This document shows positions 1 to 10,099 of a stretch of 32,000 bases of DNA, piece by piece (position 1 is the stretch's first letter; each line of letters begins with the position of its first letter). Source of the stretch: Alkanindiges sp. WGS2144 (GTDB lineage: Bacteria > Pseudomonadota > Gammaproteobacteria > Pseudomonadales > Moraxellaceae); NCBI RefSeq assembly GCF_043950625.1, contig NZ_CP171007.1, one strand, 5' to 3'. A program made the translations under genes and the position numbers. Below the pieces are notes generated by a model. The model had not been told where the DNA came from and did no database searches. It saw only the letters and a list, made by a program, of their open reading frames with translations.

Positions 1-1
1 T

Positions 2-502
2 GCCAATTGTGAAAAAAAAGCTGCCAGTACGGCAGTGAACTTAATGTTCCGTTATGGTTTTTATACCGATTTGCAGCTAAAGCTATCGCAACTGGTGCGT
101 GAAGAAATGCTGCACTATGAGCAGGTACTGGAAATTATGCAAAAACGCGGGCAGGCGTGGGAAGCCGTTCCTGCCGGGCGTTATGCGGCAGGCTTGCGTA
201 AGGAAATTAAAACCTATGAGCCACAGGCTTTAATTGATGTGCTGATTGTGGGCGCATTTGTAGAGGCACGCTCCTGTGAGCGTTTTGCCGCATTGGCACC
301 CTTCGTGGACGATGATCTGGCCAGATTTTATCGATATTTGCTTAAGTCTGAAGCGCGGCATTTTGAGGATTATTTAGCGCTGGCGCAATCAGTGAGTGAG
401 CAGGACATTAGCACACGGGTAGAAACATTCAGGCAGCTAGAAGCCGGGCTGATTTTATCACCTGATACGGAGCTGCGTTTTCACAGTGGTGTACCGGCTT
501 AA
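2..502 (+). CDS. miaE: tRNA-(ms2io6A37)-hydroxylase MiaE, 5'-truncated by the window edge
   Basis: The frame is open from the window edge (ANCEKKAASTAVNLMFRY...), so the listed ATG at 35 is internal. Ferritin-like diiron ExxH motifs are present (EEMLHYE, SEARHFE, VEARSCERF), as in MiaE. Stop codon at 500..502. Confidence 0.8.
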   Translation, partial: ANCEKKAASTAVNLMFRYGFYTDLQLKLSQLVREEMLHYEQVLEIMQKRGQAWEAVPAGRYAAGLRKEIKTYEPQALIDVLIVGAFVEARSCERFAALAPFVDDDLARFYRYLLKSEARHFEDYLALAQSVSEQDISTRVETFRQLEAGLILSPDTELRFHSGVPA

Positions 503-523
503 TGGAAAGACAGTGATCAGCTC

Positions 524-1855
524 ATGAGCAGACACACTCAGGGATCAGTTGCCCAGCAAGCGGTGAACCAGATTTTTTATGGGACACCCGGTACGGGCAA
601 AACCTGGCATTTGCAACAACTGCAAAAGCAATATACCGAGCAACTGGCACAGCAAGATCAACACACGTTTATGGCTGAAAAGTTACGTGATCTCAGTTGG
701 GCAGAAGTAATTTGTCTGGTGTTTCTGGAAGAAAAACGCCTGTTGCGGGTGCCAGAGATCCTGAATCATCCGCTCATGCGCTGCAAGGTAAAACTGAGCA
801 ATCGCAAGGAACACTTGAGCCAGACTATTTGGGCGACACTCATGCGCCACAGCAGCCTGGATTCCAGGACAGTTAAATATAACCCTGATAAACGCTCAAG
901 CCTTGCCTTGTTTGATAAAGATGAAGCAGGGTTATGGTTCTTGCTGCCCAGTGCCCACGATGATATTAACCATCTGGCACAATTATTAAAAACCATTGAG
1001 CGCGGTGCACAGGCGGCAGAGGTGATTCAGCGCTACAGCTTTGTTACTTTTCATCAGTCTTACAGCTATGAAGATTTTATAGAAGGCTTGCGACCGGTAT
1101 TGGACGATGAAGAAAACAGCCAGATTCGCTACGAAATTAAACCGGGTGTGCTGGTCGAGCTATGCGAAAGGGCACGCCTTGACCCAACTCATGCGTATGC
1201 CTTGTTTATTGACGAAGTGAACCGTGGCAATGTCAGTAAAATTTTTGGTGAGCTGATTAGCCTGCTTGAGCTGGACAAAAGACAAGGTAAGCCCGGCCAG
1301 CTTGAAGTTGTTTTGCCTTATTCAAGGCGTAGGTTTAGTGTACCGGCAAATGTGAGTATTTATGCCACGATGAACAGTGCTGATCGCTCACTGGTGCCGC
1401 TGGATCATGCCTTGCGTCGGCGGTTTGAGTTTATAGAAATGCTACCAAACTATGAGTTGTTGCAGGCAAAAACCACGGCTAATGATCTGGCTGACCTGAA
1501 TCTGGCGCAATTACTAGCCACCATCAATAACCGCATTGAGCTATTGATTGGGCGTGACTATTTATTAGGACATGCCTTTTTTTGTGTGGTACACGACTTT
1601 GCAGATTTGCAACAGGTCATGCAGCAAAAAATTATTCCATTATTGCAGGAGTATTTTTTTGATGACTGGCAAAAAATCCGCCTTGTGCTTAATGACCACC
1701 GTAAACCTCATGATTTACAGTTCATTCAGCAAAAGTCAGCTGAGCAGCAAGCCACCCAGTTATTTGGAGAGCTGCCTGATATGCCAGTGCAGTCGACTTA
1801 TTATATTAATCAGGCCGCATTGAGCCAGTTGCGTGCTTATCAGCTTATATGTTAA
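524..1855 (+). CDS. McrB-like AAA+ GTPase subunit of an McrBC-type restriction system (atypical architecture)
   Basis: Walker A GTPGTGKT lies at residues 20-27. The McrB hallmark blocks are present: FHQSYSYEDFIEGLRP, Walker B FIDEVNRGNVSKIFGEL, the NxxD-type GTP specificity block ATMNSADRSL, and ALRRRF. Translationally coupled to the downstream mcrC-like gene. No upstream extension is possible because the miaE stop is in the same frame at 500..502. Confidence 0.85.
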   Translation: MSRHTQGSVAQQAVNQIFYGTPGTGKTWHLQQLQKQYTEQLAQQDQHTFMAEKLRDLSWAEVICLVFLEEKRLLRVPEILNHPLMRCKVKLSNRKEHLSQTIWATLMRHSSLDSRTVKYNPDKRSSLALFDKDEAGLWFLLPSAHDDINHLAQLLKTIERGAQAAEVIQRYSFVTFHQSYSYEDFIEGLRPVLDDEENSQIRYEIKPGVLVELCERARLDPTHAYALFIDEVNRGNVSKIFGELISLLELDKRQGKPGQLEVVLPYSRRRFSVPANVSIYATMNSADRSLVPLDHALRRRFEFIEMLPNYELLQAKTTANDLADLNLAQLLATINNRIELLIGRDYLLGHAFFCVVHDFADLQQVMQQKIIPLLQEYFFDDWQKIRLVLNDHRKPHDLQFIQQKSAEQQATQLFGELPDMPVQSTYYINQAALSQLRAYQLIC

Positions 1856-3162
1856 TGCAGCAGTTAAAACAACATATCGTCTGCTTTGAGCATGAATACC
1901 TGTATGCCGCAGGAACTCTACACACAGCACAACCCGGGCAGCGGGCTATTCCGCAGGCTTTGTTTGATGAGCTGTTTGAACAGCCAAAAATCTGGCTGAA
2001 GCGCGACTGGCTGGGTCGGCAGGCAGTATTAAAAACCTGCCAATATATCGGGGTCGTACAGGGCAAGTGTGGTCATAGTCTGGAGATTTTGCCCAAAACG
2101 GGTAAGGCTGGTCAAAGCCATGAACAGATACGCCTGATGTTATTAACCATGTTGCAGGCCTTACCTCAAACCCCGTTTAAACGGCTGGATCAACGTGCTC
2201 TGGTACAAAAGGCAAAATTACCTTTACTGAATATTTTTGTAGGGCAGGCGCTACAGGATATTTTAAGCGTATTGCAGCAAGGTACCAAAAGACACTACCA
2301 TAGCAGGCAGGGCAATTTGCCGGTATGGCGCGGCCGTTTACTGGTGCAGCAGCATATTTTGCATAATCATAGCCATCACGAACGTTTTTATACTGAGCAC
2401 GACGAGTACAGCAGCAATTGTCCGGAGAATCGGCTACTAAAGCGGGCGCTACAATGCTTGACTTATCTTGCTTGCACCGCCAGCAACCAGCAGCTTTTGC
2501 AGGTCTGCCTGCAACGCATGCGGCACATTCCTGCCTCAACCCATATTGCACAGGATTTTAAGGCGGTTTGCCTGGATCGTAACCAGCACTATTATTGGGA
2601 TGCCTTACAGTGGGCTAGATTGATTATTGATGGTTTTGCTCCCGTAACTGGCAAGGGAGAACAGCCAGCGTTCAGCCTGTTATTTGATATGAATCAGCTG
2701 TTTGAAAATATAGTGGCCAGCTGTTTAAAAAAACAATTGCCATCTGGCTGGCAGCTTAAGGTACAGCAACAGGCCGCCGCGCTCTTGCAGGTCAATAATC
2801 AGCCCCAGCAAAAACTACAACCGGATTTGTTGCTACTGGCTGAGCAAAGGCCAGTTGCAATACTGGATACCAAATGGAAGATCCTGAGTGGCACCACGTT
2901 TAGCCAGCTTAAGCCAAGTGAACCTGAGTTGTACCAGATGTTTGCCTATGCCGCTGCGTATTTGCCACAGGGTGGTGAGGTATGTCTGGTTTATCCAAAA
3001 ACAGCGCAGTTTCATCAGGCGGTAGAGCAGGCCGTGTTCCAGCATATCCGGGATGCTAAGGTGCACTTAAAACTGCTGCCATTTTGCCTTGAAACATTCT
3101 GCTTGCTGAATGCCCCTTTTACGCAGTTGGGTTTAGAGGCTGCTCAACATGAATCTTGCTGA
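1849..3162 (+). CDS. McrC-like nuclease subunit (PD-(D/E)xK)
   Basis: Overlaps the mcrB-like stop (ATGTTAATG; the start may instead be 1855). A C-terminal PD...(D)xK nuclease motif, LQPDLLLL-x9-ILDTKWK, lies at nt 2824..2874 and matches the McrC D...DAK layout. The position directly after an McrB homologue fits. Confidence 0.8.
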   Translation: MLMQQLKQHIVCFEHEYLYAAGTLHTAQPGQRAIPQALFDELFEQPKIWLKRDWLGRQAVLKTCQYIGVVQGKCGHSLEILPKTGKAGQSHEQIRLMLLTMLQALPQTPFKRLDQRALVQKAKLPLLNIFVGQALQDILSVLQQGTKRHYHSRQGNLPVWRGRLLVQQHILHNHSHHERFYTEHDEYSSNCPENRLLKRALQCLTYLACTASNQQLLQVCLQRMRHIPASTHIAQDFKAVCLDRNQHYYWDALQWARLIIDGFAPVTGKGEQPAFSLLFDMNQLFENIVASCLKKQLPSGWQLKVQQQAAALLQVNNQPQQKLQPDLLLLAEQRPVAILDTKWKILSGTTFSQLKPSEPELYQMFAYAAAYLPQGGEVCLVYPKTAQFHQAVEQAVFQHIRDAKVHLKLLPFCLETFCLLNAPFTQLGLEAAQHESC

Positions 3163-3196
3163 CTAAAATCAGGAAAAAATAAAAGCCTCTCTGTAA

Positions 3197-3223
3197 GCAA
3201 AAATGCAACTGGAGCATTTTTGC
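3197..3223. terminator. Hairpin between convergent genes (possible bidirectional terminator)
   Basis: Perfect 10 bp inverted repeat GCAAAAATGC / GCATTTTTGC with a 7 nt loop, located between the mcrC-like gene (+) and the L,D-transpeptidase (-). There is no clean U-tract on either side. Confidence 0.4.
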
Positions 3224-3284
3224 GTGACAGGTAAAGGCTACAAAATTTGCTGCATCAAAAAGAGTTGAGACGCGGGGTTGGCTA

Positions 3285-4544
3285 TTACTCTAAAAAGCGT
3301 ACTGTGACACCCGGCTTAACCCGCTGCGATAAGGCACCGGCATCCCAATTGGTGAGACGAATACAGCCATGTGAGGCAGTTTTAGAAATTAAAGACGGTT
3401 CAGGCGTGCCATGAATGCCAAAGGAAGGCTTGGACAGTGCAATCCACATATTACCCACCGGGTTGTTAGGGCCAGGTGGCAGGGAAAGCGGCTTCATATT
3501 ATTGCCCTGGACAAAGTTTTTTGGGTTATAGCCATACCATGGGTTAGGGGCAATGGCTTTGACCTGATAGGTGCCTTTGGGTGATGGCGTATCAGTACTG
3601 CCAATAGTCGCTGGATAAGAGGCAACCATTTTATTGTTTTTGTCAAAGGCATAGACATGCTTGGCACCTTTATGCGCAATGATCAGTGCAACCGGGTCTG
3701 TTAAGTCTTCACGCGGATTAGCTACAATAATAGTCTCACCGGCCTTTTTAAAGCTTGCGTCGGGATTGATTTTCTTCAGAAAGTTTTCATCCATGTGAAA
3801 GCGTTCGCCCAGCATTTCAGTCACCCGGGTGTAGCTGAGCGCTTTCATTTTGGCTTGTTCGGCGTAGTTGCGTGGAATGGAGTCGGCGTAAGGGCCATCA
3901 ATGTCCTGCTGGGTAATGGTATAGGTCTGAAATACGTCATTACTTTGACCGGCCGTTAAAGCTGCCCAGGTTTCAGCATCCAGCAAGCCGGTTACTTTAA
4001 GATTATTCATAACCTGAAAAGCTGAAATTGCCTTAAGCATATTGGTGCCGGAAATTCCATCAATTACACCGGGTGATGAGTGATGCCGATTTAATAACAC
4101 CTGAGCTTTAGCATATTCTATAAACTGGCCTTTACCCAGATCAGTAGTCCAGTTGGCATTATTCAGGTTTTCTAGTGACCAGTCGTTGCTGGGCTTTTTT
4201 GCTGGCGTTTCTACTGGCTCAATGCTTGGGGTTTCGGGAAGCTGCTGTACCACGTTCTGGGCTTTTTCCAGCGCTTTTTCAGTCTGGGCATTGACTGCCT
4301 GACTGGTATCTTCGCCAGTTCCTAAATTGACAGGCTGACTATCTTCTTCAGATTTTTCCTGCTGGTTATCTGGTTGATTAATGTCAGCGATTTGTGTGAT
4401 TGTGGCAGGTTTTAGGTGCTGTTCAGTGCTGGTATTTGCGCCAGCAGAAGTCGGGTCAGTGGGATTGGTATTGTCTTCTGCCGCAAAGCCGGGCTGTGTC
4501 AAGATTAATGCAAGTGCAAGGGTTAAAGTAGAGCGAGCGAACAT
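3285..4544 (-). CDS. Periplasmic L,D-transpeptidase (YkuD domain) with a peptidoglycan-binding domain and a long low-complexity linker
   Basis: Signal peptide MFARSTLTLALALILTQPGFAAED. PG_binding-like segment GVIDGISGTNMLKAISAFQVMNNLKVTGLLDAETWAAL. YkuD catalytic block HGTPEPSLISKTASHGCIRLTNWDA. SD AGGAAA lies 6 nt upstream of the ATG. Confidence 0.85.
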   Translation of the reverse strand: MFARSTLTLALALILTQPGFAAEDNTNPTDPTSAGANTSTEQHLKPATITQIADINQPDNQQEKSEEDSQPVNLGTGEDTSQAVNAQTEKALEKAQNVVQQLPETPSIEPVETPAKKPSNDWSLENLNNANWTTDLGKGQFIEYAKAQVLLNRHHSSPGVIDGISGTNMLKAISAFQVMNNLKVTGLLDAETWAALTAGQSNDVFQTYTITQQDIDGPYADSIPRNYAEQAKMKALSYTRVTEMLGERFHMDENFLKKINPDASFKKAGETIIVANPREDLTDPVALIIAHKGAKHVYAFDKNNKMVASYPATIGSTDTPSPKGTYQVKAIAPNPWYGYNPKNFVQGNNMKPLSLPPGPNNPVGNMWIALSKPSFGIHGTPEPSLISKTASHGCIRLTNWDAGALSQRVKPGVTVRFLE

Positions 4545-4756
4545 ATAATTTTCCTGAAAATATGTAACTTTGTATTTAAAGCATTAGTATGACAAAAGCC
4601 GCGCGGGCTTGCAGTGAGTAACTGTAAAAAATGGTGATTTCCTGCTAAGCGTACTGTGGTTTAAATGTAGCGTAAAATTATCTATTTAGGCTGTGATTTG
4701 CTATGATTTGGCCGGCATTCATGCTGTAAATAAGAAGCTATCGTGAGGAACTATCC

Positions 4757-5827
4757 ATGACTGTACTTAAAAACGACCGTTTCCTGCGAGCGCTGTTACG
4801 TGAACCTGTTGACTGCACACCCGTATGGATGATGCGTCAGGCAGGCCGTTATTTGCCAGAGTATAAGGCAACCCGTGCACAGGCAGGGGATTTTTTGTCC
4901 CTATGCAAAAATACCGAACTGGCTTGTGAAGTCACCTTGCAGCCCTTGCGCCGTTTTCAGCTTGATGCTGCAATTTTATTTTCTGATATTCTAACCATTC
5001 CTGATGCCATGGGCCTAGGTCTGTATTTTGAAACTGGTGAAGGGCCAAAATTCAGAAAAACAGTCCGTACTGAGGCTGATATTGCTGGTCTGCAATGGAG
5101 TAACCCGGAAGATTCGCTGGATTATGTGATGAATGCGGTGAAAGCAATTCGCTCGGCGCTGGGTGGGCAAGTGCCGCTGATTGGCTTTTCCGGCAGTCCG
5201 TGGACGCTGGCCACCTATATGATCGAAGGAGGCAGCAGTCGTGAGTTCCAGTATAGTAAAACCATGCTGTATCAAAGCCCCGAGCTATTACATGCCTTGC
5301 TGGATAAGCTGGCCACAGCAGTGACTGAGTATTTAAATGCCCAGATTCGGGCTGGGGCACAAGCAGTACAAATTTTTGACAGCTGGGGTGGGGCACTGGC
5401 GCATCGTGAATATCAGGAATTTTCCTTAAATTACATGCAAAAAATTGTGCAGGGATTGATTCGTGAGAACGAAGACCGCCGTGTACCGGTTATTTTATTT
5501 ACCAAGGGTGGTGGACAGTGGCTCCCGCAAATGCTGCAAAGTGGGGCAGATGCCTTTGGGCTGGACTGGACGACCAATTTGGCGGTTGCCCGGCAAACCG
5601 TACAGGGTCAGGCTGCTTTACAGGGTAACCTTGACCCTGCCACGTTGTACGGTAGCCCAGCGCGGATTCGTGCTGCGACCAAGGCCATGCTGGAAGATGC
5701 CTACGCAGATGGCGTGCATACGGGTTATGTGGCAAACCTGGGTCATGGCATTACCCAGTGGGTTAATCCTGAACATGCAGGCGTATTTATTGATGCTGTC
5801 CATGAGTTCAGCAGCGATATGTTTTAG
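4757..5827 (+). CDS. hemE: Uroporphyrinogen decarboxylase
   Basis: The N-terminal signature [15 protein letters not shown] and full-length similarity to HemE are recognisable by eye. SD GAGGAA lies upstream of the ATG. Confidence 0.95.
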   Translation: MTVLKNDRFLRALLREPVDCTPVWMMRQAGRYLPEYKATRAQAGDFLSLCKNTELACEVTLQPLRRFQLDAAILFSDILTIPDAMGLGLYFETGEGPKFRKTVRTEADIAGLQWSNPEDSLDYVMNAVKAIRSALGGQVPLIGFSGSPWTLATYMIEGGSSREFQYSKTMLYQSPELLHALLDKLATAVTEYLNAQIRAGAQAVQIFDSWGGALAHREYQEFSLNYMQKIVQGLIRENEDRRVPVILFTKGGGQWLPQMLQSGADAFGLDWTTNLAVARQTVQGQAALQGNLDPATLYGSPARIRAATKAMLEDAYADGVHTGYVANLGHGITQWVNPEHAGVFIDAVHEFSSDMF

Positions 5828-5848
5828 TGTTAATCCCGTCGCTTTAAC

Positions 5849-6634
5849 ATGTTAAAAAACCTGCTACAGGGCAGTGTACTGGGAATGTATGCGGCCCTGT
5901 TTGGTCTTTTATTACTGCTGGCTTTTGTGGTGACTCATCAGATGCACTGGCCGGTTCTTGGTGTTTATCGTTATGATGCGCTGCTGGCCTACGCACTGAT
6001 CATTCAGCTGTTTCTGGTTTATTTTAAGCTTGAAACCTGGCGTGAAGTCTGGGTGATTGCCATTTTTCATATCATGGCGATGGGTATGGAGTTGTTTTTA
6101 ACGCACCCTAAAATTGGTTCCTGGCATTATCCAGAGGATGCAATATTCCGGATTGCCAATGTGCCGCTGTTTGCCGGTTTTATGTATTCGGCGGTGGGCA
6201 GTTTTCTGGCGCGTGGCTTACGGCTGTTTAGGATTTCTTTTATTCATCTGCCAGACTTAAGAGGGTTGGGTGTGCTGGCGATGTTATCCTACGCCAACTT
6301 TTTTACCAAGTTTTTTGTACCTGATATTCGCAACCTGCTGTTTGCTGCCTCGGTGATATTGTTCTGGAAAACCAGAATTTACCTTCAGTTGAAGCAGCAG
6401 GTTTATGGTTTGGCTTTTTTGCCCTTATTGTTAGGTTTAGCGTTTATTGTCTGGCTGTCAGAAAATATTGCGACCTTTGCCAATATCTGGCGTTATCCTT
6501 CGCAGGCCGAACTGTGGCATATGGTAGGCTGGGGCAAGTTAGGCTCATGGTACTTATTATTGACTTTAAGTCTGGTGCTGGTGCTGGCCGTTATGGGAAA
6601 AAGAGAGGCGAGCGGTAAATGGCAATTGCATTAA
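5849..6634 (+). CDS. Polytopic inner-membrane protein, DUF817-like
   Basis: There are about 8 hydrophobic helices. The RYD..L......Q..L...KLETWRE...I..FH..G..MELF pattern matches what I recall of the DUF817 family. No obvious SD. Confidence 0.55.
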   Translation: MLKNLLQGSVLGMYAALFGLLLLLAFVVTHQMHWPVLGVYRYDALLAYALIIQLFLVYFKLETWREVWVIAIFHIMAMGMELFLTHPKIGSWHYPEDAIFRIANVPLFAGFMYSAVGSFLARGLRLFRISFIHLPDLRGLGVLAMLSYANFFTKFFVPDIRNLLFAASVILFWKTRIYLQLKQQVYGLAFLPLLLGLAFIVWLSENIATFANIWRYPSQAELWHMVGWGKLGSWYLLLTLSLVLVLAVMGKREASGKWQLH

Positions 6635-6721
6635 ACCATCATTCAGTTTTTGAGGTGATTTTTACAAGGATGAATAAAAAGTCAGCCTTATACAGGAAGG
6701 TTTGAGCAAAAGAGCAATAAG

Positions 6722-7279
6722 CTAAACCTTTTGCTCTGGTACCGCCATTAAGAACTCCTGACGCGCCTGTGCATTGGTGGCAAATTCACCCAGCATGGAT
6801 ACCGTTCTGGTAGTGGATTGCTGTTTTTGTACGCCACGCATCATCATGCACATATGTGCAGCATCCATCACCACCGCAGCACCCCGGGCACCGGTAGCAT
6901 CCATGACAGCCTGGGCAATTTGTTGAGTTAAACCTTCCTGAATCTGCAGGCGGCGGGCATACATATCGACAATCCGGGCAAACTTTGACAGGCCCAGTAC
7001 ATGATCATTGGGTAAATAGGCAATATGCGCCTGTCCCATAAAGGGCAGCATATGATGTTCACACAGGGAGTAAAACTCAACGCCTTTAACCAGTACCATT
7101 TCACGGTTGGTTGAGGGAAACACGGCATTGTTAGTGACTTCATCCAGCGACAGGTTATAGCCATGCGTCAGAAAAGAAAACGCTTTGGCAGCGCGGGCAG
7201 GCGTATCAATAAGTCCTGGACGTTCTAAATCTTCGCCAATTGCAGAAATAAGATTGGCATAAGATTGTTGCATAGTCAT
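6722..7279 (-). CDS. folE: GTP cyclohydrolase I (FolE type)
   Basis: [13 protein letters not shown], the zinc-site block [18 protein letters not shown], and a length of 185 aa. Confidence 0.95.
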   Translation of the reverse strand: MTMQQSYANLISAIGEDLERPGLIDTPARAAKAFSFLTHGYNLSLDEVTNNAVFPSTNREMVLVKGVEFYSLCEHHMLPFMGQAHIAYLPNDHVLGLSKFARIVDMYARRLQIQEGLTQQIAQAVMDATGARGAAVVMDAAHMCMMMRGVQKQQSTTRTVSMLGEFATNAQARQEFLMAVPEQKV

Positions 7280-7400
7280 TGCGTCAGATCACCTAATTGG
7301 GCCGGAACCAGCTGGTTATGATGATTCAGCCAGTATTTGAAGCGGCGAATTATAGCAGAAAATACACTCAACTCGTGCCAGTTTTTAGGGCTAAAACGGA

Positions 7401-8117
7401 CTATTCACGCAGTTTTGATTTGGTGTGATTGTTTTTTTTGTCATCGGATTGGCGTTCTGCACGCTTAATCAGTACCAGCACGGCGCCAGTGCCTCCCTGA
7501 TCCGGCGGGGCGCTGACAAAAGCCAGTACTTCACGATGCTGGCGCAACCAGCCATTGACGTAAGTTTTCAAAATTGCCTGTGGCCCTTTACCATGCACAA
7601 TCTTGATGACGTTTTCATTGGCTTGCCGTGCCATGTCAATGATTTGCAATACGGCGCTACGCGCTTCCTCTATGGTACAACCGTGTAGATCCACTGCCTC
7701 GTACCAGCGCAATTTGCCAGCTTTTAGTTGCTCAAAAATACGATGCTGCAAAGTAGCGAGCCGATAGCTTAAAAAGGCTTCACTGGCCACCGGATTGAGC
7801 ATGGCCTGGGTATCAGAGATACCTTCCATGCTGTGTTCATCCTGGCCTACAGCGGCAGCCCGTCTGGCTAGCATCTGTGCATCAGGCCTGGCTGGCCGGG
7901 CAGGAGAAAAAGCTGGCGGCTGTTCTTCCTGTCGCAGTGGTTTTACGCCTTGCATGGCCTGCTGGAACAGGTTTTCTTCATCAGGTGCTTCATCAGGTAT
8001 TGCAGTCACCCTGGTTTTCGCAGGTGATGAACCTGATTGGGGCACGGCTTTTAGTTGCTGTTTCAGGGCACGTAAAGCCTGCTGGGTATCTTTGTTCAAA
8101 GAGGAAGATTTAGCCAT
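7401..8117 (-). CDS. Smr-domain protein (SmrB/YfcN-like)
   Basis: The C-terminal Smr domain reads DLHGCTIEEARSAVLQIIDMARQANENVIKIVHGKG...GGTGAVLVLIK. The N-terminal half is disordered and Pro/Gln/Ala-rich. Confidence 0.8.
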   Translation of the reverse strand: MAKSSSLNKDTQQALRALKQQLKAVPQSGSSPAKTRVTAIPDEAPDEENLFQQAMQGVKPLRQEEQPPAFSPARPARPDAQMLARRAAAVGQDEHSMEGISDTQAMLNPVASEAFLSYRLATLQHRIFEQLKAGKLRWYEAVDLHGCTIEEARSAVLQIIDMARQANENVIKIVHGKGPQAILKTYVNGWLRQHREVLAFVSAPPDQGGTGAVLVLIKRAERQSDDKKNNHTKSKLRE

Positions 8118-8168
8118 GGCGCGTCCTGATTCATCGTATAAAACAACCGTTAAAAGCGTAGAAAATGC

Positions 8169-8987
8169 TTAAGCGCTTAGTATACGGGGCTGGCCAAAAA
8201 GTGCATTGAGTGCGGTACCGGGATTGGACTCACGCATAAAGCTTTCACCCACTAAAAAGGCATTGATATTATTAGCAAGCATCAAGTCCACATCGTTACG
8301 GGTTTTAATGCCGCTTTCGGTGACCAGAATTCGGCCAGCGGGAATATACTGCTTGAGCCCCAGTGTTACATTCAGGCTTACGGAAAAGTTTTTCAGGTTG
8401 CGGTTATTGATGCCCAAAATACAGTTTTCCGGCAGTTTTAGCGCACGATCCAGCTCGCTATGGTTATGCACTTCTACCAGTACATCCATGTCCTGCTCAA
8501 ATGCAATGGAAGCCATTTCCTGCATCTGTGCATCAGACAGGCAAGCAGCAATCAGTAGCACGCAATCAGCCTCCAGTGCCCGGCTTTCGATGATCTGATA
8601 AGGGTCAATCATAAAGTCCTTGCGTAAAGCGGGCAGCTTACTCACGCCACGTGCAAGCTTTAGGTACTGATCGCTACCCTGAAAAAAATCAATATCGGTG
8701 AGCACGGACAGACAGGCTGCCCCGGCTTTTTCATACTGCGCTGCAATGCCTGCCGGGTTAAAATTCTGGCGAATCACGCCCTGAGAAGGAGATGCCTTTT
8801 TTATTTCGGCAATAACAGCAGGCTTCTTGCCTTGTAAGGCTTTAGCAAAACCACGGGTTGTAGAGGCAGCCTTGGCTTGCTGCTCTAGATCATGTAGCGA
8901 CAACTTTTTACTGCGTAAAGCCACTTCCTCACGCTTACGGTCGACAATCTTTCCAAGAATAGTGTCTTCTATCCGTACCATAACCAT
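8169..8987 (-). CDS. trpC: Indole-3-glycerol-phosphate synthase
   Basis: Contains [12 protein letters not shown] and LSVLTD..FFQGS with a TIM-barrel pattern. Sits downstream of trpD on the same strand. Confidence 0.93.
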   Translation of the reverse strand: MVMVRIEDTILGKIVDRKREEVALRSKKLSLHDLEQQAKAASTTRGFAKALQGKKPAVIAEIKKASPSQGVIRQNFNPAGIAAQYEKAGAACLSVLTDIDFFQGSDQYLKLARGVSKLPALRKDFMIDPYQIIESRALEADCVLLIAACLSDAQMQEMASIAFEQDMDVLVEVHNHSELDRALKLPENCILGINNRNLKNFSVSLNVTLGLKQYIPAGRILVTESGIKTRNDVDLMLANNINAFLVGESFMRESNPGTALNALFGQPRILSA

Positions 8988-9039
8988 TCATGTCCTAAAA
9001 TAAAGTGATCACTACAGTTTCAATTTTGATAAGCAAAGC

Positions 9040-10089
9040 TTAAAGGCTGACTGGTTCAGTCATACTATGCGTAAACTCAGCTAAAATTGACATTTTTTCT
9101 AAAGCCTGACCGCCACAGATGATGTCATGCGCAAAGTTAATGCCCTGACCTAAAGTGCTGCTTAAACCAGCAACATAAATACCAGCACCGGCATTTAATG
9201 TGATCATGTTGGCAGCTTTTTCGCCCAGGCGTGACTTTTTACGTCCCAAAGCATCCTGAATCAGTTTTAGACTCTCCTGGGAGTTTGCAACATTCAGACC
9301 AATTAAGCTCTGGCTTTCAATACCGTAATCTTCAGGCGTAAACTCCCATTCAGTAATTTCACCATTTTTGAGCTCGGCTACATGAGTTGCCTGTGCCAGG
9401 CTAATTTCATCCAGGCCATCTTTAGAGTGCACTACCATGGCATGCACGGTATCAAGCTGGCGCAATACTTCAGCAATGGGGCGGCATAATTTTTCATTAA
9501 ACACGCCAATGACCAGGCGTTTTGCGCCAGCTGGGTTGGTCAGTGGGCCAAGCAGGTTGAAAATAGTACGCATGCCCAGTTCACGCCGTACCGGATTGGC
9601 ATGGCGCATGGCCGAATGATGGTTGGGCGCGTATAAAAACCCTACACCCATTTCACGAATGCAGCGTTCAGTTTGAGTAACATTTAGGTCAAGTTTGATA
9701 CCCGCCTGTTCCAGTAAGTCTGAGCTACCAGATTTGCTGGAAACCCCCCGGTTACCATGCTTGGCAACAAATGCACCTGCCGCTGCGGCAACAAAAGCCG
9801 AAGCAGTGGACACATTAAACAAATGCTGACCATCGCCTCCTGTGCCGACAATATCAATCAGGTGAGGCAGATCAGACACCGGAACCGGTAACATGAGCTC
9901 ACGCATTACTGTAGCTGCGGCTGTAATTTCATCAATACTTTCGCTTTTCATGCGCAGGCCAACCAGAAGTGCACTAATCTGGGCAGCGGTGGCTTCACCA
10001 GTCATGATACTGCGCATGACATCGCGCATCTCATTTTGTGACAGGTCTATATGGCGTACTACCTGATCAAGTGCTGTTTGAATATCCAT
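9040..10089 (-). CDS. trpD: Anthranilate phosphoribosyltransferase
   Basis: Contains [18 protein letters not shown] and [14 protein letters not shown]. Starts 10 nt after the trpG stop. Confidence 0.95.
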   Translation of the reverse strand: MDIQTALDQVVRHIDLSQNEMRDVMRSIMTGEATAAQISALLVGLRMKSESIDEITAAATVMRELMLPVPVSDLPHLIDIVGTGGDGQHLFNVSTASAFVAAAAGAFVAKHGNRGVSSKSGSSDLLEQAGIKLDLNVTQTERCIREMGVGFLYAPNHHSAMRHANPVRRELGMRTIFNLLGPLTNPAGAKRLVIGVFNEKLCRPIAEVLRQLDTVHAMVVHSKDGLDEISLAQATHVAELKNGEITEWEFTPEDYGIESQSLIGLNVANSQESLKLIQDALGRKKSRLGEKAANMITLNAGAGIYVAGLSSTLGQGINFAHDIICGGQALEKMSILAEFTHSMTEPVSL

Positions 10090-10099
10090 ATTTCACCTG

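Noticed and set aside
5015-5855. ORFs overlapping hemE (5015..5275-, 5052..5396-, 5463..5855+, 5499..5735-, 5618..5803-)
   Set aside because: They overlap the unambiguous hemE frame. Their translations are Arg/Pro/Trp-rich nonsense and none has an SD.
6704-6736. 9 bp inverted repeat GAGCAAAAG / CTTTTGCTC spanning the folE stop codon
   Set aside because: It could be a bidirectional terminator between DUF817 and folE. It lacks a U-tract on either strand and half of it is coding sequence, so it is too weak to call.
7425-8172. Plus-strand ORFs antisense to the Smr gene (7425..7688, 7795..8172, 7877..8113)
   Set aside because: The minus-strand frame has a recognisable Smr domain (DLHG...HGKG). 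The antisense products are Ala/Ser/Cys-rich shadows.
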